Shown in pieces: positions 48,961-58,435 of a DNA stretch of 64,000 bases. Origin of the DNA: Thermoanaerobaculia bacterium (GTDB lineage Bacteria; Acidobacteriota; Thermoanaerobaculia; Multivoradales; UBA5704); contig DASUEN010000222.1 of the NCBI GenBank assembly GCA_036275055.1, positions 26,498 through 90,497 on the forward strand, in the 5' to 3' direction. Below the pieces are notes generated by a model. That model ran no database searches and was not told the DNA's origin. It saw only the letters and a list, made by a program, of their open reading frames with translations. Position numbers and translations under genes: made by a program. The stretch's first letter is position 1, and each line of letters starts with the position of its first letter.

Positions 48961-49290
48961 TCAGGTTCTGGCCGCCTTCAGGGTGCCGAGCGAAGTCAGG
49001 ACGCTCTGCGTTACGTCCCGGCCACCGTGGAAGTTCACCCAGACGGACTGGATGGTGTAGATCGGCCCCCAGGGGATTCCCCACCAGCCGGCGAGAAGGG
49101 AGAGCAGGGTGAAGCCGAGCCCTTGGGTTACGGCACTCTCGTTGGGGCGGACGTAATAAATGTCCGACGGCCGCTTGAACGTGATCACCAGTACCGAGAT
49201 GCAATATTGGTAGATCACGAACTTCGCGCCATGCTGAACCTCGAGTTGGATCTGTTCCTTCGTCGCTCCTTCGAGTCCCTTGATTTGCAT
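48961..49290 (-). CDS. small hypothetical protein (109 aa), first gene of putative 3-gene operon
   Basis: ATG 49290 with AAGGGGGA SD on minus. MQIKGLEGATKEQIQLEVQHGAKFVIYQYCISVLVITF...GWWGIPWGPIY. Confidence 0.45.
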   Translation of the reverse strand: MQIKGLEGATKEQIQLEVQHGAKFVIYQYCISVLVITFKRPSDIYYVRPNESAVTQGLGFTLLSLLAGWWGIPWGPIYTIQSVWVNFHGGRDVTQSVLTSLGTLKAART

Positions 49291-49541
49291 GCCCGGTCCC
49301 CCTTCTCAGTAGAGATGGATGGATCTCGTAGCACCTCACCGCGCGGCAGCGTGCAGCGGTGCCATCCGGCTGAGGCCAGTGTTATACGATTCCACATCTG
49401 ACTTTTGTTCATTGGTGCCACTTTTAGAATCCTCGGCCGGCGTCCTCTCTGGTTTCGCTGCTGGTTTCTCAGTCTTGCCTTATCTGTAGGCTCCCCGCCT
49501 CTGCCTTGCCGCCACCCTTTCCAACCACTCTTTTTCCAACG

Positions 49542-50285
49542 TTATGGCCGTGAGCGGTGGGGCCGCGCTTTTTGCGGTGCCGTCCGCTCGACGACCGGAG
49601 TTGGGCGCCCATTGTTCCCGAATCTCCAGAGGAAATACCCGCTTCCCCTCTGTACCTCTTCAAGCGGCAAGACTCGCTTGTAGTAGCTGACCAGATGTCT
49701 TAGTTCATGCTTGAAGAGTTGTTCTGCTGAGGGATCGCTGGGCTGATCGTCTGGCGCAGAATCGAACTGGAGGGGTACCGGCTGCATTACTGCAGCGTGC
49801 AGGCCGATCTTCTGCTGTAGGTATTCGGCGAGTGCTTTCGTGGCCTGGATACCAAGGCCGTTACCGGCGTACGAGGGACGCACCTCAAGCAGATGCATAA
49901 ATGCGATCGGTCCCAATCGAAGCATGCTAGTCACGTCTAGCTTGCGGGCGCTGAACAGAAGCGCGGCGAAATCGCAAAGTTCTTGGCTCTGCGCGTCACA
50001 GGCGTCGAAGAAGGTCCACCGGCTGACCTCTGCGTTCTCCTCAGTCTTCGCGAATATGTACCAGTGGAGATAACCTACGGCGACGCCATTCTGAGAATCG
50101 CGGATCTGCCCTTCGACCTCTTGAATTGAGATATCGTCCTCAAGCTCGTTCTCGATGTGAGCCAAATACCAGTTAAGGATTAGCCCAGGAGCAACGCTGA
50201 GCCTTTTGGAGCCGCGCTGTGGCGGAAGTTGCTCCCGTCGGTAGAACCCCAAGTGGTTACGCGAAGCAAGACGGGGGCTATTCAT
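49542..50285 (-). CDS. hypothetical protein, possible GNAT-family acetyltransferase
   Basis: 247 aa. VRPSYAGNGLGIQATKAL resembles the GNAT acetyl-CoA motif (Q/R-x-x-G-x-G/A). Lower-GC region. Confidence 0.4.
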   Translation of the reverse strand: MNSPRLASRNHLGFYRREQLPPQRGSKRLSVAPGLILNWYLAHIENELEDDISIQEVEGQIRDSQNGVAVGYLHWYIFAKTEENAEVSRWTFFDACDAQSQELCDFAALLFSARKLDVTSMLRLGPIAFMHLLEVRPSYAGNGLGIQATKALAEYLQQKIGLHAAVMQPVPLQFDSAPDDQPSDPSAEQLFKHELRHLVSYYKRVLPLEEVQRGSGYFLWRFGNNGRPTPVVERTAPQKARPHRSRP

Positions 50286-50901
50286 GAATCTGAAACCTTA
50301 AGGTGGCGCCGAACGTCTCAGAAGCTCACCGGCGACGACCGCACTATAGTGCGTGCTTGGCGGCGAAGCGATCTTGTCGCGAGATCCCCAACACCGTCCC
50401 GCTTCTCTCTCCCACTCTCCGGCTCCTCGAGTTCACGCCGCCACCAAAGCCGCACGAAAGGCATTCTACGAAATCTACGCCGCTTTCGTCAGCACTTTCC
50501 GTGAGGCGTCTGAGCGGCTGAGGCACGGTGATCGCAATGCGCCGTTCCCAGTCGGAAGCTTCCCGCCGGCCCTGCCCTTCGTGGCCGGATAGCAGCATCG
50601 CCGCCACTCTTTGACAGCCTCGTCGGCCGCCGAGGGCCACTCCTACGAGCTGATTCGCTCGCTTGAGTGGAGGTGTGCCCATTTCGGCCCGAAGTGGCTC
50701 GCTCCGGCCGCTGCCAGCACCCAATCCGCAGGTCCAAGCCCCGCACCAGCCGCGAAATCGTCTTGGGTTTCTAAAACTACGCTGGCACTTTTTACTCCGG
50801 GCACCTGCTATGCACTTCACCTTATTGACTCCCGCGCCATACCGAGAGATGCAATCGCTATCGAGAGTACTCCTGACGCACCTGAAGTTACCCGTGCGAG
50901 G

Positions 50902-53265
50902 TCACTTCCCAAGAAATATCTTGAGAGCACGCAAGAATGGTGCACCGTTCTCACTCTTACTAGAAGTCAGTGCCTGAAAAAAATCGCGATGCTTCCGCGT
51001 TTTCTGCACGCCCAGAGTTCGGAAGAACTCCAGTGCTACGCGTTCGGCAATCAAATCGCACGTCTGTCTCGCTTCTTCTGACAGAACTACTCCGTTTCTG
51101 TCTGCGGTCAAGGGCAATGCAAGAGGCGGAATGATGTTGATGTCGTAAGTGACAGGCAACGGGAAAGGCACAGTAGGCGGCTCTGAGTTGTGCGACCACG
51201 TAGAGCGCGATGGAAACAATGAATGACGCACCGTGAATCCATGCTGGCTCCAGCGTCCGGTAGAAGACGCATGAATGGAATAGCCATGGCTGATGCCTTC
51301 CTTGCTGGTGCGATCAACGTGCACATGCTCGATCGCCGACCATACATGACGGAGGCGGTCCGAGAGGTCCTCGCCATCCTCGCCAAATTCTTCCTCAAGG
51401 AACACCTCGTTAGTGAGGCCAGAAAGAAAATGAACACGCACTTCACCTTCAATCCCACTCTTCGGATCAAGCACAACGTCGACGTACGAGCAGCGTTCAT
51501 ACTCGTCACCCGCGCGTTGCACTGCCCAGCCTTGGGACAGTTGCGACGTTGCGCCATCGGGCTCGGCGACCTGAATGAGAACGTGCGTATGCGGAGCCAG
51601 AACCGCGACCGTAGAACTTAGCGTTGGCGTATCTTTGATACCGGACTTGAGCCACAGTTGCTTCGGGTCGGCGGATAAACGAACGGAGATATGCGTGCCC
51701 GGCGAAGCACGAGCGCTTTTATTGAACCAGAACAAACTGCCTTGGCTAGCGACCTGAATCGCAAGCGGCGTCGTATTGTTACCTATGCGTCGCGTGTCAA
51801 CCTCAAGCAGGTCTCCCACCATAAACACCGACAGAATACCGATCCCAAACTGAGAGACCGGCTTAAACTCCAACCCTACGCGTGCTCGGTGCTGCAAAAA
51901 CTCGCTAGACGTGTAATAGCTCCGGCCGACTCGCGCGAAGTAGTTGCGCACGATGGGTTCATCCATGCCCATGCCGTTGTCTTCTACGTCCATATACCAG
52001 TAACCGTCGCTCTGCCTACAACTCACTCGCACGATGGGCTCATACGGGCCGAGTTCAGGCTGGCGCCGGTGCAAAGCATCCCGGTGCCGACACGAATCTA
52101 CCGCATTTTGAAGCAACTCACGTAAAAACAGAATTGGCGTTCGATATAGATTCAACCCCATGAGGAGGCTGGTGATACGATCCTCATCCAACGAGAACCC
52201 GATATCGAGATACGTATACCGCGGCCCAGCCGGTCCGAACTCGGCACGAACGTCTACGGTCGAAACTTCCAGAGGTAAGTCTAGAGCATAGTGCGCCGAC
52301 AGAGCGTTCACGGCTGGGTCGTGCATGCCAGCAAGCACGCTGCGCACACCTCGAAGTTCCCGCTCGATCATTCGCACAAAGTCTCGGACACACTTCTCGA
52401 TGACCGGGTCTGAGCACTGTGCAGCAAATGCTATTCGCGTCGGCTGAATGTCCCAGGCCGTAATGGCTCGATGCTTCTTCCACTCTCTCACGCTTACCGA
52501 GTCACGGATCCCAAGGTGCTCAAACAGGACGGCCGGAGTGCGCTTGGGGTCGAAGTCCAGAATATCGGCGAGCCGAAGCACGCAAGCAACAAAACGCCAG
52601 TTGCAATACTCGCCACCCGCACGGACGAGTTCGCGCGCGGGTATCGCGTTGACGGAGGACGCGTCTTCATTATGACTGAAGCAGACATCTGCTAGCCGGC
52701 TGGTAAAGTTATAGTTGTCGTAGACGAGTTTGTTGCCATAGCTCTCAAAGAGCAGCTTGCTAGCGCGCGCAGCATGAGTTCTACGCAAGTACTCAACGAG
52801 AAGTCCAGCCTCGATCTCCTGAGCCTCGAAGTGACGCTCGGCATGCCTAAGGGAAGCTTGCCGCTTCAGGAGCCCTGGATATGCTTCTCGAAGCGCGAGG
52901 TACTGCTGTTTTTCCTCTATCGTCGGGTCTGCGTCTGAGGAGAGGAGCGCACGCACCTCAGCATCCGACGGCGCCATCCCAATATCATGGTAGGCCGCAC
53001 TCAATATCAGCGCAGCAAGTTCAAGAGCATCCAATTTGCTGAGCGTGCGCTCAGGAATGACGCGTCCCATGAGCCTGACGACCTCAACCAGATGCACCTC
53101 GTCATGCAAGGTGTACTCTGGCATATGCTTCACAACCGTCTTGGTCCGCTGGATGGCGTCGTCAAAGCATTCTTCGACGGTGAGCAGCAGTCGATTGGCG
53201 GCGCGGTCGTCGCTAGCCTTCGTAGCCAGGAGTTGGTAGAGCGTAAGGTCGCGCAGGGTGGACAT
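50902..53265 (-). CDS. HD-domain phosphohydrolase fused to GHKL/HATPase_c (Hsp90-like) ATPase
   Basis: 787 aa. HD: YTLHDEVHLVEVVRLM ... AALILSAAYHDIGM. Bergerat fold: LRELLQNAVDSC (N-box), MDVEDNGMGMDEPIVRNYFARVGRSYY (G1), QFGIGILSVFMVGD (G2). Low-GC island. Confidence 0.75.
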   Translation of the reverse strand: MSTLRDLTLYQLLATKASDDRAANRLLLTVEECFDDAIQRTKTVVKHMPEYTLHDEVHLVEVVRLMGRVIPERTLSKLDALELAALILSAAYHDIGMAPSDAEVRALLSSDADPTIEEKQQYLALREAYPGLLKRQASLRHAERHFEAQEIEAGLLVEYLRRTHAARASKLLFESYGNKLVYDNYNFTSRLADVCFSHNEDASSVNAIPARELVRAGGEYCNWRFVACVLRLADILDFDPKRTPAVLFEHLGIRDSVSVREWKKHRAITAWDIQPTRIAFAAQCSDPVIEKCVRDFVRMIERELRGVRSVLAGMHDPAVNALSAHYALDLPLEVSTVDVRAEFGPAGPRYTYLDIGFSLDEDRITSLLMGLNLYRTPILFLRELLQNAVDSCRHRDALHRRQPELGPYEPIVRVSCRQSDGYWYMDVEDNGMGMDEPIVRNYFARVGRSYYTSSEFLQHRARVGLEFKPVSQFGIGILSVFMVGDLLEVDTRRIGNNTTPLAIQVASQGSLFWFNKSARASPGTHISVRLSADPKQLWLKSGIKDTPTLSSTVAVLAPHTHVLIQVAEPDGATSQLSQGWAVQRAGDEYERCSYVDVVLDPKSGIEGEVRVHFLSGLTNEVFLEEEFGEDGEDLSDRLRHVWSAIEHVHVDRTSKEGISHGYSIHASSTGRWSQHGFTVRHSLFPSRSTWSHNSEPPTVPFPLPVTYDINIIPPLALPLTADRNGVVLSEEARQTCDLIAERVALEFFRTLGVQKTRKHRDFFQALTSSKSENGAPFLRALKIFLGK

Positions 53266-53546
53266 TTGAAGCGAGCTTACAGCAACGCTGCCATGCCACG
53301 CAACTTCAACGATCGCTGATCCGTCGAGCGGAGAGGGCGCGCTGCCGCCTTACGCGGTCGACTCGTGACCCGCGCTGCGGCCCCCCGATGCGTTCAAAGA
53401 ATTCCCATTTTGACGGCGATAGCCGCGCCACCTGGGGCAACCGTGTCGGCCGGTCATGCCAGGCTGGGAGTTCAACACCTCGTCCGCCCAACGCCTTGAC
53501 GCCTCACCGATGGACGGCGGAGACGGCCGCTCGGTGCAGGCGGGGG

Positions 53547-54260
53547 TTAAGCGGTGCCACGGCCTCGACTTGCGCCGGTATGCTGAAAGTTGTATAGTGT
53601 CTTTCGGCTAGGAAGAAGCTCTTCTGGGTAGGCTCCACCCTCCAGGATCTGCGAGCTTTCCCAGAAGCTGCCAGACGCCTCGCAGGCCATGAGCTGCACC
53701 TGGTTCAACAAGGGCTTGATCCGGATGACTGGAAGCCCATGACCAGCGTGGGGCCCGGTGTCCAGGAGCTGCGGATACACACCGGCGTGGAGCATCGGGT
53801 CTTCTACTTGGCGAAGTTCGAAGAAGGAGTATAGGTAGTTGCCTTCCAGGTATGGATCACCGCGCAGGTCAATGTAGACCTTTCCTCGTAGGATTGAGGT
53901 AGCCGCCTCTCTCCAGTCACCTGACCGAAGTAGGGGAACGAACTTCCTGTCGTTGCGTTCAGTCATCACTTCGGCCGTAATGATATGTCCTTCGTAGCCG
54001 ACGCCACCTATGCGTCGATCTGACTTCTCTTTGTACTTAGGAGTGCAGACCATGAGGACGAAGTCACTGTCTCGTATTGCAGTTTCCATAAACTGAGGCA
54101 GCTGATCCCCGGGAGCAACCTTCCACTCGTCCAAGATCAGATCGATGCCGTCACTGCGGAGACGGGCACCAAGCCTCTTGACCCATTCCTTATGCTCCTC
54201 GCTATCCCACGAGTACGAGATGAATGCCGTGGGTATCTGCTTAAGAAGTTCGCTTGTCAC
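53547..54260 (-). CDS. TIR-domain protein (bacterial TIR_2-like)
   Basis: GTG start at 54260; no in-frame ATG nearby. AFISYSWDSEEHKEWVKRLGARLRSDGIDLILDEWKVAPGDQL..FMETAIRDSDFVLMVCTPKY = canonical TIR core. 237 aa. Sits upstream of the HD-GHKL gene on the same strand with a 281-nt gap. Confidence 0.7.
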   Translation of the reverse strand: MTSELLKQIPTAFISYSWDSEEHKEWVKRLGARLRSDGIDLILDEWKVAPGDQLPQFMETAIRDSDFVLMVCTPKYKEKSDRRIGGVGYEGHIITAEVMTERNDRKFVPLLRSGDWREAATSILRGKVYIDLRGDPYLEGNYLYSFFELRQVEDPMLHAGVYPQLLDTGPHAGHGLPVIRIKPLLNQVQLMACEASGSFWESSQILEGGAYPEELLPSRKTLYNFQHTGASRGRGTA

Positions 54261-54410
54261 GGTCGACTCTTGTGCCGTTTAACGGGATCGGGCCTGGCGC
54301 CGCCAAGCATCCGCTTGAGGCCCTGTGTTAGGCGTCGGGCCACAAGCGGTGATGTTTTGCATGTGTTGCATTACTGCAACCCGATGCGACCGCGGCTAGC
54401 AGCCGTCATC

Positions 54411-54800
54411 TCAGTGCCTCGTAGAAGGTGTGCACGAAACTGTGCATGCGGAATACGGCGAAAGGCTCTCAAGCTGCCAGCCCTGGTCATAAAGTCTGTA
54501 GACGATCATGAGATTCGTGCTTAGTACGCAAGGTGTACCGTAGAATGGATCCTCGCTTTCGAGGTTGACGGCTGCATAGATCGTATCATTACCGGCGCGC
54601 CGGTTTGTAGATCGCCGTATCAGCTGCCAGCTGCTGACTGCCTGGACGGTGTTGACGTGCGGTATGAACTGGTTGCCGCAGCGGAGTTGCTGCCCGACCA
54701 GGTCAGCTTGCATGCGGGTTTCGCTGGTTAACGGTCTCAGGTAGCCGCAGTCGAGGAGAAGCAACGCGGTTCCTAAGAGAGCAACTTTCCACTGGATCAT
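54411..54800 (-). CDS. hypothetical secreted protein
   Basis: ATG 54800 with GAGGA upstream (track start 54812 is TTG). MIQWKVALLGTALLLLDCGYL signal-like. 129 aa. Confidence 0.35.
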   Translation of the reverse strand: MIQWKVALLGTALLLLDCGYLRPLTSETRMQADLVGQQLRCGNQFIPHVNTVQAVSSWQLIRRSTNRRAGNDTIYAAVNLESEDPFYGTPCVLSTNLMIVYRLYDQGWQLESLSPYSACTVSCTPSTRH

Positions 54801-54889
54801 TGGCGTCCTCAATAAGTCAGAAATAGAGCAGGCGATGATCCCTGCGTTTAGTCTTAAGTTCGCCCTCGGCTACTACGTTGCCGGCCGAC

Positions 54890-56988
54890 GCCGCCGAGTA
54901 GGCCAGGGGCCCTTACGGGCCCCCAGCCCCTCTAAGAACCGTACGTGCGAGTTTCCCCGCATACGGCTCAAGCCTTTCAGAAGGCCGATTGCTCGACCCG
55001 GCTGTTGGGTTGTCCGGGTTGACTCGTTCCATGGCCGTGAGTGGTTTCCTACGAGCTCGGAGCCCGAGCCGGCCTTGACGCTTCCGCAGCCAACGCTGGT
55101 AGAAGTACTCGTCGTAGGCAGGATCGTACTCCCTGGCTTCGGCTCGTATCTTAACATGCCGGCGAATCGGCATGCTACTCACCCGAAACAGGTCCAGAGA
55201 CCCCCAGGTCCCGTCCCGGTTCCGGAGAGGCGCCGTGAAGGTCCACCGACCGGAGGGCTCGATGCGGAAGTATTTCTGTCGCACCCAGCCTTTCCCCTTG
55301 GTGGGGTGCCTTCTCTTCGCCCATCGCCATAGAGCTTCGAAGACGCGCTTATCTACATATCGAAAGGCCCGACTGGAGACCAGGTGTCTCTGGCTGTTCG
55401 CCCAACCTCGCAGCTTGCTGTTGAGCCGGCGAATCAAGTCCAGAGCCGTGGCCGCCTTCTGGGTTCGGATCACTTCCCGGACATTCCGCAGCAGACCCAG
55501 GACGTTGTCCTTCGACGGCCTGATCAGCAGCTTGCGTCCATACTTCCGGACGTTGGCTCCGAGAAAGTCGAATCCAGCCTCGATCTGCGTGATCTTCGTC
55601 TTCTCCTGTGAGAGATTCAGACCCCGTTCTGCGAGGAAGGCAGCTACCGCAGGCAAGACTTTCTCCTCCAACTGCTCTCGCGAGCGGCCGGTGATGACAA
55701 AGTCGTCTGCGTAGCGCACCACGTTGATCTTCGGGCGGAGGTTCCCCTGACGGCGGGAATCCGCCTGCAAGGCCACCGTTTCCAGGCCATCCAAGGCTAG
55801 GTTCGCTAGAACCGGGGAGATGATTCCTCCCTGGGGCGTACCTTCCTCGGTCGAATAGAGGACCGGGCCTTCCATGTAGCCGGCCTTCAGCCATTTCCGC
55901 AGGATGTCGCGGTCCATTTGGACGTTGCCGAGCAGCCAGCGGTGGCTGATCCGATCGAAGCAGGATTCGATATCCCCTTCGAGGATCCACTGGGGAGAAT
56001 CCTCTTTGGCCAACGCACAGTAGCACTGGCCCAAGGCATCGGCGGTTGAACGCCGCGGCCGGAAGCCGTAGGAGTTCAGGTCGGCCTGGGTTTCCGCCAC
56101 CGGAAGCAGCGCCAGCAGGTGAAGCGCCTGCATGGCTCGATCCTTCATCGTAGGGATTCCCAGGGGCCGACGCTTGCCGTTCCTTTTGGGGATGTAGAGC
56201 CTGCGCAGAGGCAGTGGCTTGTAGCCAAACCGCCTCAGAGATCGGGAGGCCTGCATCTTCTGCCGAGGCGTTTTCCAGAGAACCTTGTCAACGCCCGGCG
56301 TACGTTTCCCTTGATTGGAGACAACCCTTCGCACCGCCCAGAGCTTTGCCGCCCATGAGCGGGTGAGGAGCCGCTGGAGAAAGTGGACCTTGCCCCAGCA
56401 CTTCTCGTGTACAGCCTTTGCGATACGCACCTGCAGCCGTCTGACCTTACGGAAGATGGCACGCCAGTCGATGGCGTTCCAGTTCTCTCGCCAGACCGGG
56501 AGTGCACCGGCGTCAAGCGCCTCTCTTTGCTCTCTCCCTTTCCAAGACGGTTCCACAAGCTCTCTCGCAACGAAAGACCTGTCGGACGTGGGCTCACTTT
56601 CGTGCCGGGTAACGTTGAAACCCGTATCCGCCCCATTACAGGACGGCCTTCGCTTCTTCCGACATCCCAAGCCCGCACCTCCGTCAGTTCCCCTCACGGG
56701 TCGCCTTCCCTTTACGGGAGGAGATACAGGGTTACCACGTTCCGCTCCTGAAGTCTGTGCGGGGTTAGGTACCTGCTGTCGACCGGGAAGCGCTGTTGAC
56801 CACGAGGTGGCACCGTTAAATCCACCTCCGGCTTCCGCGCCTTTTGGCTCAAGCTTATCAGCCACTTTAGCTCGTGCTCCATGACGGTCGTTGCACAGGT
56901 TCACATGCGTTTACCCTACCCGCTACCTAGCCATCGCCCGGCTCGTGGCTGCCAGGAGAGCAGGTTCCTCACGGTCCCTGCCCCGCAC
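54890..56988 (-). mobile_element. bacterial group II intron (about 2.1 kb) with intron-encoded RT/maturase
   Basis: 5' end GTGCG on minus strand (complement of plus 56984-56988). Canonical domain V GAGCCGTATGCGGGGAAACTCGCACGTACGGTTC at 54936-54969 (minus). Domain VI hairpin with GTAA tetraloop at about 54895-54930. Domain I-like sequence (GAGCCAAAAGGCGCGGAAGCCGGAGGTGGATTTAACGGTGCC) upstream of the ORF. Confidence 0.8.
54913..56556 (-). CDS. group II intron reverse transcriptase/maturase (IEP)
   Basis: Likely GTG start about 56556 (VEPSWKGREQ... precedes the NWNAIDWRAIFRKVRRLQVRIAKA thumb-0 motif). RT motifs include YADDFVITG; maturase X domain. No En domain. The frame stays open through domain V/VI to 54913. 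The track ORF 54913..56904 over-extends at the N-terminus into domain I. Confidence 0.8.
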   Translation of the reverse strand: MEPSWKGREQREALDAGALPVWRENWNAIDWRAIFRKVRRLQVRIAKAVHEKCWGKVHFLQRLLTRSWAAKLWAVRRVVSNQGKRTPGVDKVLWKTPRQKMQASRSLRRFGYKPLPLRRLYIPKRNGKRRPLGIPTMKDRAMQALHLLALLPVAETQADLNSYGFRPRRSTADALGQCYCALAKEDSPQWILEGDIESCFDRISHRWLLGNVQMDRDILRKWLKAGYMEGPVLYSTEEGTPQGGIISPVLANLALDGLETVALQADSRRQGNLRPKINVVRYADDFVITGRSREQLEEKVLPAVAAFLAERGLNLSQEKTKITQIEAGFDFLGANVRKYGRKLLIRPSKDNVLGLLRNVREVIRTQKAATALDLIRRLNSKLRGWANSQRHLVSSRAFRYVDKRVFEALWRWAKRRHPTKGKGWVRQKYFRIEPSGRWTFTAPLRNRDGTWGSLDLFRVSSMPIRRHVKIRAEAREYDPAYDEYFYQRWLRKRQGRLGLRARRKPLTAMERVNPDNPTAGSSNRPSERLEPYAGKLARTVLRGAGGP

Positions 56989-57411
56989 GCTTGCGCGTGC
57001 CTCTGTACATTGTCAGGGCCGCTCTTTATTCAGGCCCCTAGGTTCACCCGGTGGTACGGGTGGTTTCACCTCCTACTTCGAGAGAAACAACTTCATATTA
57101 AGAGCGACATTGTGTCGCAGTAACGCCTCTGAAGCTCACCGGGCGGCAAGTGCGCAAAGCGCGGTTGCCGCCCGGTGTAGCGCTGTGGTTGGCCGTCCCT
57201 CCTTGAAACTGCCTAATAATTGCACAGACTGCTGGCTTTTCAAGGAGAGGTTAGCCTTTCTGTATATGGAATTGTTGGTCACCGATTCCCAAGTTTTAGT
57301 TCTTGGAGAGTACGTCCAACGTTGTTAGACTTAAAGTCCTCAGCCCGTTTGCTTACATCTGCTGCCACCATCTTCCATTGCTTGTCGAACGGGTCATATT
57401 TAAGGAGAACT

Positions 57412-57993
57412 TTAAGGCGCCGGTCCCGAGCATGGTCCCAACCTCGGGCTCTCGAAGGCCGCTGACATTTCATCCGGCACGTCGTAAGTATACGTCCCAA
57501 GCACCACTCTATATCGATCCGTTCCCACAACTTCCTCATCGTTGGAAACGATGCTCTCGATCTTTATGGTAGCAACTTTCGTGAACAGCTCATCGAAGTC
57601 GCCATTATGCTTGATAGTGCCGGCCTTACCGCCGCCCTCAGTTAGTTTGATCGTCGCAGTCTTCCTGACACCGCTCTGAGTAAGGCTGAACCAATCGTTC
57701 CAACCGCTGAAATTCTGCGTCAGATCCTTAACATTGCCGATAGTGATCACGCCTTTCTTTGCAAAGGCTTGGTACAAAGGCCACTCACTGATAGATTCTC
57801 GGCCTTTCGCTGCGTCTGGATTCTCAGCGACGAACTTCACCTCACCCAGCATCAACCCAACGTCTGGCTTATTCCAGAGATTCTCTATCAAATTCCGTGC
57901 TTCGCCATCTCCAAGGGCATCGGACCGGGAACAATAACTCAGGGCGACTGCGCTAACAACAATACCTACCAGGCGTAAACTTCGTCCAATCAT
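57412..57993 (-). CDS. hypothetical secreted/lipoprotein-like protein
   Basis: ATG 57993 with AGGAGA SD on minus. MIGRSLRLVGIVVSAVALSYCS signal. 193 aa. Low-GC island. Confidence 0.45.
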   Translation of the reverse strand: MIGRSLRLVGIVVSAVALSYCSRSDALGDGEARNLIENLWNKPDVGLMLGEVKFVAENPDAAKGRESISEWPLYQAFAKKGVITIGNVKDLTQNFSGWNDWFSLTQSGVRKTATIKLTEGGGKAGTIKHNGDFDELFTKVATIKIESIVSNDEEVVGTDRYRVVLGTYTYDVPDEMSAAFESPRLGPCSGPAP

Positions 57994-58435
57994 CGTATCG
58001 TCTCCTGTACAACTGAACTCGTGGCCAACCTCAAGATCAACTGTATCCGGCTCCTCCCCAATGCCTTCCCGACAGTCTCCACGTCTGCTCAGGCTACCGG
58101 TGAATGGGATGTATATCATTCATTCTATGGAGTGTAAGCATTGTACACCGATCCCTAATCCTCGTCAACGTTGGTTGGGTTGTCGGGTTGGAGCCTGGCC
58201 GCGCGGAGCGGCACAAAACTTAGCCAGACCGGTTTCCGGTGGCCTATTCTACTGATGAGAATGAAGTTAGCACCGCCCGTACCGGCTAAGCGGTTCGAAG
58301 TGCGGGGCGAGTGGAACGTTATCCGACAAAGGAGTGTCGGGTTTGCAGCTCATGGTTGGTGCTAAGCTCAATGGAATGAGACTCATCGGCTGAGCTGGCG
58401 CGATGATTGACCGACACGACGCCTGTCGGCTAAGG

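Noticed and set aside
50286-50901. ORFs 50344..50820 (-) and 50611..51081 (+) in the 615-nt gap between the GNAT-like and HD-GHKL genes
   Set aside because: Mutually overlapping, no SDs and no recognisable motifs. More likely non-coding spacer or promoter region of the GNAT-like gene.
56881-57328. Short + ORFs inside and next to the group II intron 5' region
   Set aside because: They lie within intron domain I on the opposite strand. The region is structured RNA, not coding.
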